Of a stretch of DNA of 64,000 nt, positions 1 to 9,704 are shown piece after piece; positions within the stretch are counted from its first letter, which is position 1; each line of letters begins with the position of its first letter. The stretch lies in contig JBHPDK010000002.1 in NCBI GenBank assembly GCA_042577965.1, positions 6,635 to 70,634 of the forward strand. Direction: 5' to 3'. This stretch comes from Patescibacteria group bacterium (lineage in GTDB: Bacteria; Patescibacteriota; Gracilibacteria; UBA1369; PNNO01). A program made the position numbers and the translations under genes. The notes under the pieces were generated by a model. It did not search any database. It was given only the letters and a program-made list of their open reading frames with translations, and was not told the DNA's origin.

Positions 1-843
1 TATATTTTGATTGAAGTTGATGATACTGATGCAACTTTTGGTTCTCTTGTTTGGAGCGCTGCTGACGCGAACAATCCTGTGCAGTTAAGCTCTTCAGCAA
101 GCGATGGGGACAGAATTGAAGATATTGAATACGGTGGTGCTGCATTAACTCCGGGAAATACTTATTATGTAAGAATGGCATTCTCAAATTCATCTGGACT
201 TACCCGTGCAGACCGTGGCCTTTGGACTCACCTTGATATGGGCAACCATTATCAGTTTGATATTGCTTCTACTTACATGGAAATAACAAATGCATGTAGC
301 GATCTGATTGAAGTTGTTGATACAAATGCAGGCGGAAGAGCAGTTGGGCAGCCATTAAAAAATTCACAATATGACAGATATGGTGAAGATACCTGTGACT
401 TTACTATCAATTCAACAGATACATCGTGGAAGGTTTATTACAGTATGGCTCCGACAATAACAGATATGGAGGACAGCTCAGACACATTTACTTTTGCTGC
501 AATAGTAAATCCTAGTGATTATCAGATGGATTCCACTGGTGACAATACATATATAGAAGAAGAATATGGATTTCACATCGATGATATTTCAGGAACATCT
601 GCATATATTCAAGCTGATACTGAAACTGGAACACATGATTATGATGACTGGACTCCTGGAACAACAGGCCAGTATGTATTTGATATCGAAACAGATGCAA
701 GTAAAGACAAAATTTTAGATGGCGGCGGCGGCACTATTACCGGCGGCCAGTTCCGCTTATATATACATGGAGGCGTAGATGATTTTACTGTCGGCGCCAC
801 TTACGACCTCGACACATGGATGGTAATAACAGGAACACCTTAA
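1..843 (+). CDS. 3' part of a large surface protein (FN3-like domain plus C-terminal WxL/pilin-like module); gene starts before the window
   Basis: Frame is open from the window edge. It is colinear with the last ~330 aa of the next ORF (LTPGNTYYVR / GLWTHLD / EEYGF motifs) and ends GATYDLDTWMVITGTP. Confidence 0.8.
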   Translation, partial: YILIEVDDTDATFGSLVWSAADANNPVQLSSSASDGDRIEDIEYGGAALTPGNTYYVRMAFSNSSGLTRADRGLWTHLDMGNHYQFDIASTYMEITNACSDLIEVVDTNAGGRAVGQPLKNSQYDRYGEDTCDFTINSTDTSWKVYYSMAPTITDMEDSSDTFTFAAIVNPSDYQMDSTGDNTYIEEEYGFHIDDISGTSAYIQADTETGTHDYDDWTPGTTGQYVFDIETDASKDKILDGGGGTITGGQFRLYIHGGVDDFTVGATYDLDTWMVITGTP

Positions 844-848
844 TATAT

Positions 849-3800
849 ATGAAAAAAACACTCACTTACATATCGATTTTAATTGGAATTTTGCTCGGAA
901 GCATCAGCATCTGGATGGTGCCTGGTGTTTTGGCGCAAGATGCCAGTGATGTGGCTGTTGAGATTGAGGTGGATGACGGTTGTAACTGGACAGGCACACC
1001 GTACCTTCCAACATCATCGCTATCAGTAGCGGATAATGAAATTTGTGTGATTCAGGGTTTAAATAGGGCAGCATTAAATGTAACAATTGACGAAGACGAC
1101 GGTGGTGGTGGCCAGCTGGGTGGTAGATTAATTATTGGTTCTGATGTTGTAGAGACTGTCTTTACTGTTGGCGGAACATTTAATGCAAATGGTATTATTG
1201 AAGTTGGAGCCGCAGGAAATCAGCCTGTTAACTCTACATTAATAACTAATGGTAATCTAAACATTTCTGCAACTGGCAGCAATGGTGATTTTGATATTAT
1301 TGAAAACACAAATGCTACACCTTTAAAAGGTATCAATATCGTTGATATAAATAATAATCCAATGCTTGTTGGTAGTGCTACTACAACCGGTAATTTTACA
1401 AACAACGATAATTCAACAAGTACTATTGCTGGCCTTGATGTGTATGGAGAATTTGAAAACTTACATGCCTCAGGTATTATTACTTTTGATGGTTCTGTTG
1501 GTGGTTCATATATCAGAACAGGTTCAACTTTTGATAATGATGGAACTTTAAATGTTAACGCTGACTTCAATGTACAAGGATTAGTTTCCGCTGATAACAG
1601 TGGAGAAGTAAATGTTACCAATGGACATTGGTGGGTAGGATCTACTGACGCAGGTATCGTAACATTCAACAATTCAGGGGATGTTAATATAAACACAACA
1701 GGAAAATGGTTTGCGTCTCAACACAGTACTGCAGCAACAAATACGGGAACAATAACCGCTCCTCAATTCCTTGTTCAGCATGGTGCAACATTTAATAATA
1801 ATTCCGGTGGCTTAATCGACACAAGTGTTTCAGGCGGAATATTTGTAGTATATGGCGATGCCACATATGGAAACGGAACCTTTAATAATAACTCTGGTGG
1901 TATAGTAACTACAGATTTAGTTTGGATTGTAGATCCTGATTTTGGTACTGGCCCTAACTATACTGACCGCCCAACCCTTAATAATAATGATGGAGCTAAC
2001 TTCACAGCAGGTTCAATTGATTTTAGTTGGGATGATTTAGGAGATTGGCTAGATCCTGGTGTATTTGTTGCTTACGGAAGTATTTTAAATAATGATGGCG
2101 AGTTTATAGTAATTGATGACGGTGCTGACGCTGTTAGCATGTATAGAGGAGCAAAATTAAACAACACAGCTAATGGAACATTCACCTTATCTGGTACTGC
2201 TTCTGAAATTGAAATGAGTAAATCAACCGGAGGAGCCTTTACCAGTGAATGCGGCGCAACCGCAGATATTAAATGTCAAATCACAAATACAAATGTTACT
2301 GATGCTGATGCGTTTAGCGTTAGTGGAGACATCACTTTATGGCAATATGCAGAATTGAACAATAACGGGAATATGACCATTAGCGGTGCGAATAATATTG
2401 ATATTGAAGAAAACAATGTTTCTGTAATTAATGGATCAAATGGTAATTTGGATCTCGAAGGTGCAAATGAAGAATTTAACTTTAATGTAACAGTTGATAA
2501 CGATGGAGACATCGATACAACAACTGCTTCAATAGTAATGTCTAATACTGCATCACTTGATAATGCGAGTACCGCAACACTAACTATAGGTGGAACTACC
2601 ACTGATTTAACTCTAAACAACTCTGCTGAAATTACAAACTACGGAGTAATTAATGTTCCTGATGATGTAACTTTGGTTACCGGCGGAACTCCGGTTACAA
2701 GCATTGTAAATACTGGAAGCAGCGCAAACTTCAATGTTTTAGGTAGTGACGGAAACAGTGTTTTAGAATTACAAGTCGACACAACATTCGACAATGAAGC
2801 AAGCGCAACTGTTGATGTTGACAGTGTAGCAAGCACAGACACAGACAATGGTATGCTAAAAATCTTTGGTAATGGCGTGGGTAATGATGCAATTTATACA
2901 AATGATGGAATAACCAGAGTTCATATATTAAATATAGGGGACACTAATACAAGCACTGATGGCGGAGTATTAGTTAATCAGGGAACTGGTGGTGAATTTG
3001 ATGTAACGTATTACTACACAAGCGTTAAGTCAATTGAGATATATAGAGGAAGCATAACAAATACCAGTACATTCTATGATGGCGGAACAGATAATCCAAG
3101 TTTTGATATTGGCGGCCAGATTCAGGCCATCGGAATTACAGGAGACATTGCCACAGTGACAAACGAAGGAGTGGTTGCGTTCAGGGAACGTCCATATTTT
3201 GAAGATTATTCAATTTTGGATCTTGATGCAGGACGATGGGTGTCATCAGCTAATGCAGGTACGAGCGCTCAGGATCACTACACATTTATTATAGGTGGAA
3301 CCGGCCCTTTCAATTCTGTTCTGGATATTGAAAGCGGAGCAACTTACAGTGGCCAGTTATATTGCGGATGGGGTGCTGATAGTTGTCAGGCATATAACGA
3401 CGGAACAATTAATCGTGTTGATTTGGATGGTGTATCTACAACAAGATATTTAAGTGTATATATGAATAACAGTTCTGTTTTTGATAATTACGGGATAGTT
3501 GATTTTCGTGGGAACATGATTGCAAATAACTCAATTTTTAATAACGAATCTACTGGAACAGTTTCAGCTGATACTTTTGGAAGTCTTTATGCTAATAATG
3601 GTGGCACATTCAATAATAATGCTGATGCAATAACTACTGTTAATCAAATTATAATTCAGAATGCAGGTTCTTATTATTATCAGGATGAGAGATCAGCGAG
3701 TTCTGCTACAAAAACTACTACTACAACCGGATTAATTGATATTGAATCAGGAGGCGCCTTCCAGAATGAAGACCTTGTGCAGGCAGTAGGTTTAAGTGTT

Positions 3801-6800
3801 AATGGTAATGGCAGTTATTTCTATCAAAAAGCCGGTGTTACAGCCTCGAATTCAGTAACTACTTTAACAGCTGCATCTACAATTGATGCAAGTTCAGGAA
3901 CAGCAACCGTGGATATTGATGCTGGTACAACCATTACAACAAATAATGCATTTAGTGTAGATACCGGCGGGGATGTGGATAACAGCGGAATCCTTACTTT
4001 AACCGGAACAGGTACAAATAATCTTCAGGTAGATGGAGGTAATTACGAATCCGGCACAAGTTCAACTCTTAATCTTGCTGGTACTCCGGGTATGCAAATG
4101 AGTTTAAATACTTCAACAGCTGAAATAGCAGGTACAACTCCAGGTAGTCCATCTTTCCAGAATAAAGGTGGCGAATTATGTTTAGGACAATGGAACGTAG
4201 GAGTGGGAGGCCCAGCTTCTAACTGTATTGATTCAACAAACACTATTACTTTAGGCGGATTAACAGTTGATACACTTAACAACACAACTTCTGATGATAC
4301 TGATGTATATATAGGGTCTAACCTTACAGTGCAGGGTGATATTGATGTGGATTCCCTTGATGACGCTGCTGTTAGCGTTGATATCACACAAAATTCAAGT
4401 TCATATTTACAAATAACACAGAATGGAGATTTAAGTATTAATGAAGGTTCAACCGGCCAGGGTATTACATTCACTTCAGGCGGGCATATGGATATTCAGG
4501 GTAGCGGCCTCGGGAATCATGGGCATATTAGAGCAGAAGGTGATGCAACAGTAAGTCTTAATCATATAACTGATGATTATGACATCGGGAGTTTATGGCT
4601 TCTGGCAAGCAATAGTGAAGCTGCATCCGTTACTTTAGCTTCAGGCGCAACTCTAAATCTTAATGATACTCATACAAGTAATCTTGGTGCAGCAGTAATT
4701 ACATTAAATGATAATAATGGTGACGGCTCTGCAACATTCACAACAAACGGAACCACAAATCTTAATTCAGGCAGTACACAAAATTTAATTCTTGGATACA
4801 CAACTTCAACAGACGGAACAGGCGAACTCGAAGTCGGAAGCGGCGGATATATAGAACATGATGAGATTGGCGGCTCATCAGGTAATGTTGATATTAATGC
4901 AACAGGCCGACTTGAAGTAATTGCTGACGCTAACGCAGACAAAGACGCAGACTTTTACGGGACTTTAACAGTTGGCGGTGATTATAATGATGGAACCGGC
5001 AACCGCGGCGCATATATTGGTGGGCAACTGGAAAATGAAACAACTTTAACAATTGAGTCCGCTGGCTTTATGGATGTGGGCGCGAACGGTGATGTAACTG
5101 TAGATGGCTCAACCACTTCAGTAAGCGGAAATATGGAGCTCGATGGCACACTTAATTCAGGCGACCTCACTGTTACTTCAACTGGTGTTATTTCATCAGG
5201 TGATGGCAACCCAACAGTTTCAGGCTCTGGTTGTGGTGTTGGCGGCAATTTTGGATGCGGATCTTCAAGTAATTTTTATATAAATGCAGGTGATGTAAAT
5301 GTGCAGTCAGGCGGTGCAATAAGCTCAGATGCAGTAAGTACTGTTGTTTCTTCTGATACGGGTGGTGGTTCTCATGGTGGTGAAGGTGAAGGAATAACCG
5401 GTACAGGAAAAACATATGGAAAAGTTAAATTAGATGAAACAGGAACTCCAACTTACGGTGATTCAACTAATGCACCATCTTATGGGCAAGCAGGTTACAC
5501 TGGTGCTGCTGCAGATGGTAAAGGTGGTGGTGGTGTAAGAATTTACTCAAACGGTGACTTTACAAATAACGGTACAATCAGTGCTAATGGTGCAGCTGGA
5601 ACTACGTACAGTGGTGCTGGTGGTACAGTTATTATTGTTCATCAACCAACTTTGTCTGGAGCATACTTTATTGGCGATGGGCCAATTACAGCTAATGGTG
5701 GTTCTGGAACTAATGCTGGTGGTGGTGGACGTGTAATTATCAAGTCTCCTTTATTAGATGATCCTGACTTCTCAAGTTATGATGTTGGAGAAGACGGCGG
5801 ATCAGTTAGCGCTGCTCCTGGTGCAGGCGGTGGTGCAGCTGGTACAGTTGTATACCTTGGAGACGGACACAACGATGGTACGGGCTCAACGGTTTATGGC
5901 ACATTGATTGTTGACCAGGCAGGTGAAGCTTCAACTGTTCAAACAGAAATTCCAACAGGAGCCCCTGCAGGCAATATTAAATTTGCCCGAATTGAAGCCA
6001 AAAATGGCGCAGAGGTATATTATGCAGCTGATCCTGTGAACGATCCAACCTCTTGTTACACTCTCGACACAAGTACAATTGATCTTAATGGTGGCGCATG
6101 TAATGAAGAGCCGGATAAACCGGATACTTTATATATAGGTGCTGACCCGACTGGTGCTCAATCAGGTACTGAACCTGGCTACCAGCTAACCGACGGTGTT
6201 GATAATACTGTTTTGTCAGTTGCTGATATAACTCCTCAGTTTAGTGTGATCTACAGACATCCTGAAGCTGCTGATGCAGTCAAAATGCAAATTCAGGTTG
6301 ATGATGCAAGTGCAGCCTTTGGTTCTATAATCTGGGATTACACTAAATCAGGTGTAACCGAAGAAGACCTTAGTACTCTCTCAAACGGCGAGCGCTCAAT
6401 GGATATTGAATATAATGAAGACAGTGGGGCAACTTCTGACTTAAGCCCTGGCAACACATATTACGTTCGTACAAGATTTTATGACGCAACTGATACTCCG
6501 GGATTATGGAGCCACTTAGACTATAACGATCATTATAAATTTCAGATATCAACTTATGCAGCAATCTGGATAGATAACTGTAATAATGGTGCTTATACAG
6601 ATTTATTAATAACGCAGGATGGGACAAGAGGAGGTGCTGATATGGCAAATATTGATGGCCAGAGATTCGGTTATGGAACCTGTGATGTACATGTTTCAAC
6701 TTCAGATACAACATGGGATGTAGACTTTGGAATGAATGCAAGCGAAGGCATAAGTCAGGCATTAGCATTTAATACTGATCCTGGAAATGCTGGATTTAGT

Positions 6801-7190
6801 ATCAATCCTATTAATAATGCAGGCAACGATTGTACAGTTGATGTGGATGGTATAGATACAACTGAAGAATATGGATTTAATATTGAAACATATGCTGATG
6901 GCGCAGGAACAGATAATCAGCTAATACATGATAACGTAGAAGCTGACACTGAATGTCCTACTTATTGTTCAGCTAATGCATATTTCAATGACAGCACATC
7001 TACTCCAGCAGACGCAGATTGTGTATTTGATGTTGAATTAAGCACTGCATTAGATACAATAATTGATGTTGTAGGTAGTGTCTTAAACGAAGGTATCTTT
7101 ACAATTAGAATACTCGAACATGCATACCAGAGTGATGCCGGCACTTACACTCTTGACGCAGAATTTACGTTAACAACAACAACACCTTAA
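849..7190 (+). CDS. Giant secreted adhesin-like protein (~2113 aa): N/G/T-rich beta-helix-like passenger, Gly-rich domain, FN3-like domain, C-terminal WxL/pilin-like module
   Basis: Start at ATG 849 gives a signal peptide ending VLA|QDA. Contains repeated FNNxG/TIT motifs and GGGSHGG/GGGGxVxI motifs. Ends AGTYTLDAEFTLTTTTP, with no C-terminal TM. Confidence 0.8.
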   Translation: MKKTLTYISILIGILLGSISIWMVPGVLAQDASDVAVEIEVDDGCNWTGTPYLPTSSLSVADNEICVIQGLNRAALNVTIDEDDGGGGQLGGRLIIGSDVVETVFTVGGTFNANGIIEVGAAGNQPVNSTLITNGNLNISATGSNGDFDIIENTNATPLKGINIVDINNNPMLVGSATTTGNFTNNDNSTSTIAGLDVYGEFENLHASGIITFDGSVGGSYIRTGSTFDNDGTLNVNADFNVQGLVSADNSGEVNVTNGHWWVGSTDAGIVTFNNSGDVNINTTGKWFASQHSTAATNTGTITAPQFLVQHGATFNNNSGGLIDTSVSGGIFVVYGDATYGNGTFNNNSGGIVTTDLVWIVDPDFGTGPNYTDRPTLNNNDGANFTAGSIDFSWDDLGDWLDPGVFVAYGSILNNDGEFIVIDDGADAVSMYRGAKLNNTANGTFTLSGTASEIEMSKSTGGAFTSECGATADIKCQITNTNVTDADAFSVSGDITLWQYAELNNNGNMTISGANNIDIEENNVSVINGSNGNLDLEGANEEFNFNVTVDNDGDIDTTTASIVMSNTASLDNASTATLTIGGTTTDLTLNNSAEITNYGVINVPDDVTLVTGGTPVTSIVNTGSSANFNVLGSDGNSVLELQVDTTFDNEASATVDVDSVASTDTDNGMLKIFGNGVGNDAIYTNDGITRVHILNIGDTNTSTDGGVLVNQGTGGEFDVTYYYTSVKSIEIYRGSITNTSTFYDGGTDNPSFDIGGQIQAIGITGDIATVTNEGVVAFRERPYFEDYSILDLDAGRWVSSANAGTSAQDHYTFIIGGTGPFNSVLDIESGATYSGQLYCGWGADSCQAYNDGTINRVDLDGVSTTRYLSVYMNNSSVFDNYGIVDFRGNMIANNSIFNNESTGTVSADTFGSLYANNGGTFNNNADAITTVNQIIIQNAGSYYYQDERSASSATKTTTTTGLIDIESGGAFQNEDLVQAVGLSVNGNGSYFYQKAGVTASNSVTTLTAASTIDASSGTATVDIDAGTTITTNNAFSVDTGGDVDNSGILTLTGTGTNNLQVDGGNYESGTSSTLNLAGTPGMQMSLNTSTAEIAGTTPGSPSFQNKGGELCLGQWNVGVGGPASNCIDSTNTITLGGLTVDTLNNTTSDDTDVYIGSNLTVQGDIDVDSLDDAAVSVDITQNSSSYLQITQNGDLSINEGSTGQGITFTSGGHMDIQGSGLGNHGHIRAEGDATVSLNHITDDYDIGSLWLLASNSEAASVTLASGATLNLNDTHTSNLGAAVITLNDNNGDGSATFTTNGTTNLNSGSTQNLILGYTTSTDGTGELEVGSGGYIEHDEIGGSSGNVDINATGRLEVIADANADKDADFYGTLTVGGDYNDGTGNRGAYIGGQLENETTLTIESAGFMDVGANGDVTVDGSTTSVSGNMELDGTLNSGDLTVTSTGVISSGDGNPTVSGSGCGVGGNFGCGSSSNFYINAGDVNVQSGGAISSDAVSTVVSSDTGGGSHGGEGEGITGTGKTYGKVKLDETGTPTYGDSTNAPSYGQAGYTGAAADGKGGGGVRIYSNGDFTNNGTISANGAAGTTYSGAGGTVIIVHQPTLSGAYFIGDGPITANGGSGTNAGGGGRVIIKSPLLDDPDFSSYDVGEDGGSVSAAPGAGGGAAGTVVYLGDGHNDGTGSTVYGTLIVDQAGEASTVQTEIPTGAPAGNIKFARIEAKNGAEVYYAADPVNDPTSCYTLDTSTIDLNGGACNEEPDKPDTLYIGADPTGAQSGTEPGYQLTDGVDNTVLSVADITPQFSVIYRHPEAADAVKMQIQVDDASAAFGSIIWDYTKSGVTEEDLSTLSNGERSMDIEYNEDSGATSDLSPGNTYYVRTRFYDATDTPGLWSHLDYNDHYKFQISTYAAIWIDNCNNGAYTDLLITQDGTRGGADMANIDGQRFGYGTCDVHVSTSDTTWDVDFGMNASEGISQALAFNTDPGNAGFSINPINNAGNDCTVDVDGIDTTEEYGFNIETYADGAGTDNQLIHDNVEADTECPTYCSANAYFNDSTSTPADADCVFDVELSTALDTIIDVVGSVLNEGIFTIRILEHAYQSDAGTYTLDAEFTLTTTTP

Positions 7191-7203
7191 CTTATTAAAT
7201 ATA

Positions 7204-8181
7204 ATGAAAAAACTAAACCTAATAATCTCGATCCTCACTCTAACAATGCTCTTCACAGCATTCGCACCTATGACCAATGCAATTGGCGCTTCACCTCTCA
7301 GAGTTCAACTCGAAGCAGCACCTGGCGAAACTGTTGAAGGAATGGTTCGGGCGCAGAATAGTAAAGATGAAGATCAGGTTGTTGTTTTAATGAAAGGTGA
7401 CTTTTTAGTTGATGAGAAGGAGGATCTGCAGTTTATGTATGAATATGACGAAACAAATAAATGGAGCCTTCAAAATTGGCTTGATTTAAACGAAAACAAC
7501 ATACCGGTTGGCCCTAATGAATCAGTTGAAATTAAATATCAAATCGAGGTTCCGCAGGATGCAGCATCGCAAAGTTATTATGGAGTTGTGTTTGTTCAGA
7601 GTCAGGATCCTGAAATTTTTGAAGGGCTTGGTGGAGTTGGTGTTCAGGCAAATGTAGCTCAGCTTGTTTTGCTTGAGGTAACTGGTGATCTAAAAAGTGA
7701 TGTTGAGGTAAAAGACATGAAGCTTGTTGAAGAAAACGCAGGTCATCGTTTTGAAACAACTGTATTTAACAACGGAAACACTCATGATGCTTCAACTGGA
7801 ACAATAATAGTCACAGATTCAAAATTAAATATACTTGAAGAGCTTGATTTTAATAAAGCAAAACACAATGCCCTGCCTGAAACACAAAAAAATTATATTG
7901 TAATGTGGGAGAAGTTTGCAGAATATGAAGCTGGAATTTATTATGCTTATCTAAATGTTAATGATGAAAATAATGAATACTTAAGCGCAGAACTTAAATT
8001 TGAAATAACAGATCAGGCAGAAATTGAAATTCTTAATCTTAAAATCGGACGAAGCTATACGGAAGCCAAGGCTGCTTATACTGATATTCCTGTAATTCCA
8101 CTTGTTATTATTGGATTCGCTCTAATAGTAGGACTCATCGCAAAAACATGTTGCAGAAAAAAAAGAAAAACAAAAAAATAA
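7204..8181 (+). CDS. DUF916/WxL-interacting (PapD-like Ig) membrane-anchored protein
   Basis: Signal peptide; SP-x-x-x-x-L-x-x-x-PGET start; conserved W and VPQDA..SYYG; second Ig domain with NNGNTH; C-terminal TM and basic tail. Confidence 0.65.
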   Translation: MKKLNLIISILTLTMLFTAFAPMTNAIGASPLRVQLEAAPGETVEGMVRAQNSKDEDQVVVLMKGDFLVDEKEDLQFMYEYDETNKWSLQNWLDLNENNIPVGPNESVEIKYQIEVPQDAASQSYYGVVFVQSQDPEIFEGLGGVGVQANVAQLVLLEVTGDLKSDVEVKDMKLVEENAGHRFETTVFNNGNTHDASTGTIIVTDSKLNILEELDFNKAKHNALPETQKNYIVMWEKFAEYEAGIYYAYLNVNDENNEYLSAELKFEITDQAEIEILNLKIGRSYTEAKAAYTDIPVIPLVIIGFALIVGLIAKTCCRKKRKTKK

Positions 8182-8190
8182 TTTAATATA

Positions 8191-8766
8191 ATGTGTAAAA
8201 AATTGGCTTATTTAACAGGGTTTCTGGCAGTTGTAGCAATAGCAGCTATAACTCTGTTTGCTATGCCAATGTCCGCAGAACACGCAGAAGAATTACACGA
8301 AGCAAAGTATTACGGTGCTGCGGGTGAAGTTCTTAAAGGTCAGGTAACAGTGCTAAATCCAACAAATGAAACAAAAATAATCCTTGCAGAGATTGAAGAA
8401 GAAGGTCACCATAAATGGTTATTTTTACCACAGGACGAGTTTACAATCGGCCCAGGAAGCAAAGTTGTTGTTCAATACGAAGTACGCATTCCTCATGATA
8501 TGGAAGAACCAACATGCCAAAGAATAATTCATATAAAAGAAACAAGCCCATCTAATACACTTAGTTTAAAGCATACTGTCACAATATTCGTACAAGGCGT
8601 ATCAACATTAAGGGGTGCAACAGAGGTAAATATGCTTTATACAACAGTAACAATTATGATGATTGTTGCCTTTGCATTAGGTATTTCAATGGGCGGAATA
8701 TGCTGTTTAAAATTACTCATGCAAAAGATAAATGGTAAAAAAAAGGCTAGAAAAAGGAAGAAATAA
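8191..8766 (+). CDS. Short single-domain paralog of the DUF916-like proteins, membrane anchored
   Basis: GEVLKGQVTVLNPT, KWLFL, IGPGSKVVVQYEVRIP motifs match both neighbours; C-terminal TM and Lys/Arg tail. Confidence 0.6.
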   Translation: MCKKLAYLTGFLAVVAIAAITLFAMPMSAEHAEELHEAKYYGAAGEVLKGQVTVLNPTNETKIILAEIEEEGHHKWLFLPQDEFTIGPGSKVVVQYEVRIPHDMEEPTCQRIIHIKETSPSNTLSLKHTVTIFVQGVSTLRGATEVNMLYTTVTIMMIVAFALGISMGGICCLKLLMQKINGKKKARKRKK

Positions 8767-8813
8767 GTGGTATAATGATTTAACGTGCCTGAAAAAAAAG
8801 TATACTCAAGGCG

Positions 8814-8842
8814 TTGACTTCTAAGGCGAAATGTAGTACAAT
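8814..8842 (+). promoter_or_regulatory. sigma70 promoter of the small pilin-like gene
   Basis: TTGACT-17-TACAAT, followed by a ~130-nt leader. Confidence 0.6.
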
Positions 8843-8980
8843 ATATAATGACAAAAAGAAAAATTAATAAAAAATTCGACACATTTAATCAATAATTTCC
8901 GTTCTGGTCGAGACGGATGAGAAGGGAAAACAAAGAGGGGTGGGGTCAATTATAAACGTTTATAATTAACCAAAACAAAA

Positions 8981-9604
8981 ATGAAAAAAGTTTTAGCAAT
9001 TCTTGCTGTTGTAGCTGTTGTTGCAGTTGCTTCAGTAGCTCACGCTCAAACTAGTGCAGTTCAAGTTTCTGGTTCAATCAGTACAACATTAGGTCTTACA
9101 CCATGTACTGTTGCACTTGGAACAATTACAACTAGTAAATCTACTGCTACCTGTACTACAGATCCAGTTGTTACTGCGAACACTGCAAATGGTTATAATA
9201 TCACTTTAGAATTCACAACTGGTACTCTTTTAAACACAGGTGAATCTAGTGATACCATAGCTAATCTTGTAGATCTTACTGCAGATGATACTTGTCCAAC
9301 TGGTCCTGGTGCAACTGATTGTTGGGCTGTTGGTTCTGTTGTAGTAGGTTCTACTCCAGATCCTAATTTCTCTGCTGCTGCAGATAGTTTCAATGATACC
9401 GAAGGAAACTGGGGGACAGATCCCGAACATCCAATTCCAACTGGTGGTGCAGCTACTATCGTTGACGATGGATCATCAGGTGATCAAACAGCTAGTGGTT
9501 ATGATTTCGACATGACTTTCTCAGTTGTAGCAAATAATGTTGATCAAGAAGCTGGTACTTACTCAAATACTGGTGGAACATTAACTATTGCTGCTAATCC
9601 GTAG
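8981..9604 (+). CDS. Small secreted WxL/CsuA-like protein; putative major fibre subunit
   Basis: Signal peptide AHA|QTS; 4 Cys; TANGY motif; ends AGTYSNTGGTLTIAANP; strongly T/A-ending codons; has its own promoter and terminator. Confidence 0.7.
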   Translation: MKKVLAILAVVAVVAVASVAHAQTSAVQVSGSISTTLGLTPCTVALGTITTSKSTATCTTDPVVTANTANGYNITLEFTTGTLLNTGESSDTIANLVDLTADDTCPTGPGATDCWAVGSVVVGSTPDPNFSAAADSFNDTEGNWGTDPEHPIPTGGAATIVDDGSSGDQTASGYDFDMTFSVVANNVDQEAGTYSNTGGTLTIAANP

Positions 9605-9619
9605 TCAGCTTAATAAAAT

Positions 9620-9652
9620 AAAAAAGCGAGTTTTTTCAAACTCGCTTTTTTT
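9620..9652 (+). terminator. Intrinsic terminator
   Basis: AAAAAAGCGAGTTT-loop-AAACTCGCTTTTTTT. Confidence 0.85.
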
Positions 9653-9704
9653 ATATATACATATATGTTATATTGTCGAACGATTAAATAATTAACCTAA
9701 AAAA

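Noticed and set aside
1220-5248. Long antisense ORFs within the giant gene (and similar ones in mfd, carB and others)
   Set aside because: Shadow frames produced by codon bias of the sense gene.
849-7190. Genetic code 25 (TGA=Gly, Gracilibacteria/SR1)
   Set aside because: This very Gly-rich 2100-aa gene and all core genes are uninterrupted under code 11, and rplT ends at TGA.
849-7190. Type V autotransporter
   Set aside because: The passenger looks similar, but there is no C-terminal beta-barrel or terminal aromatic residue; the protein ends in the GTY..P module.
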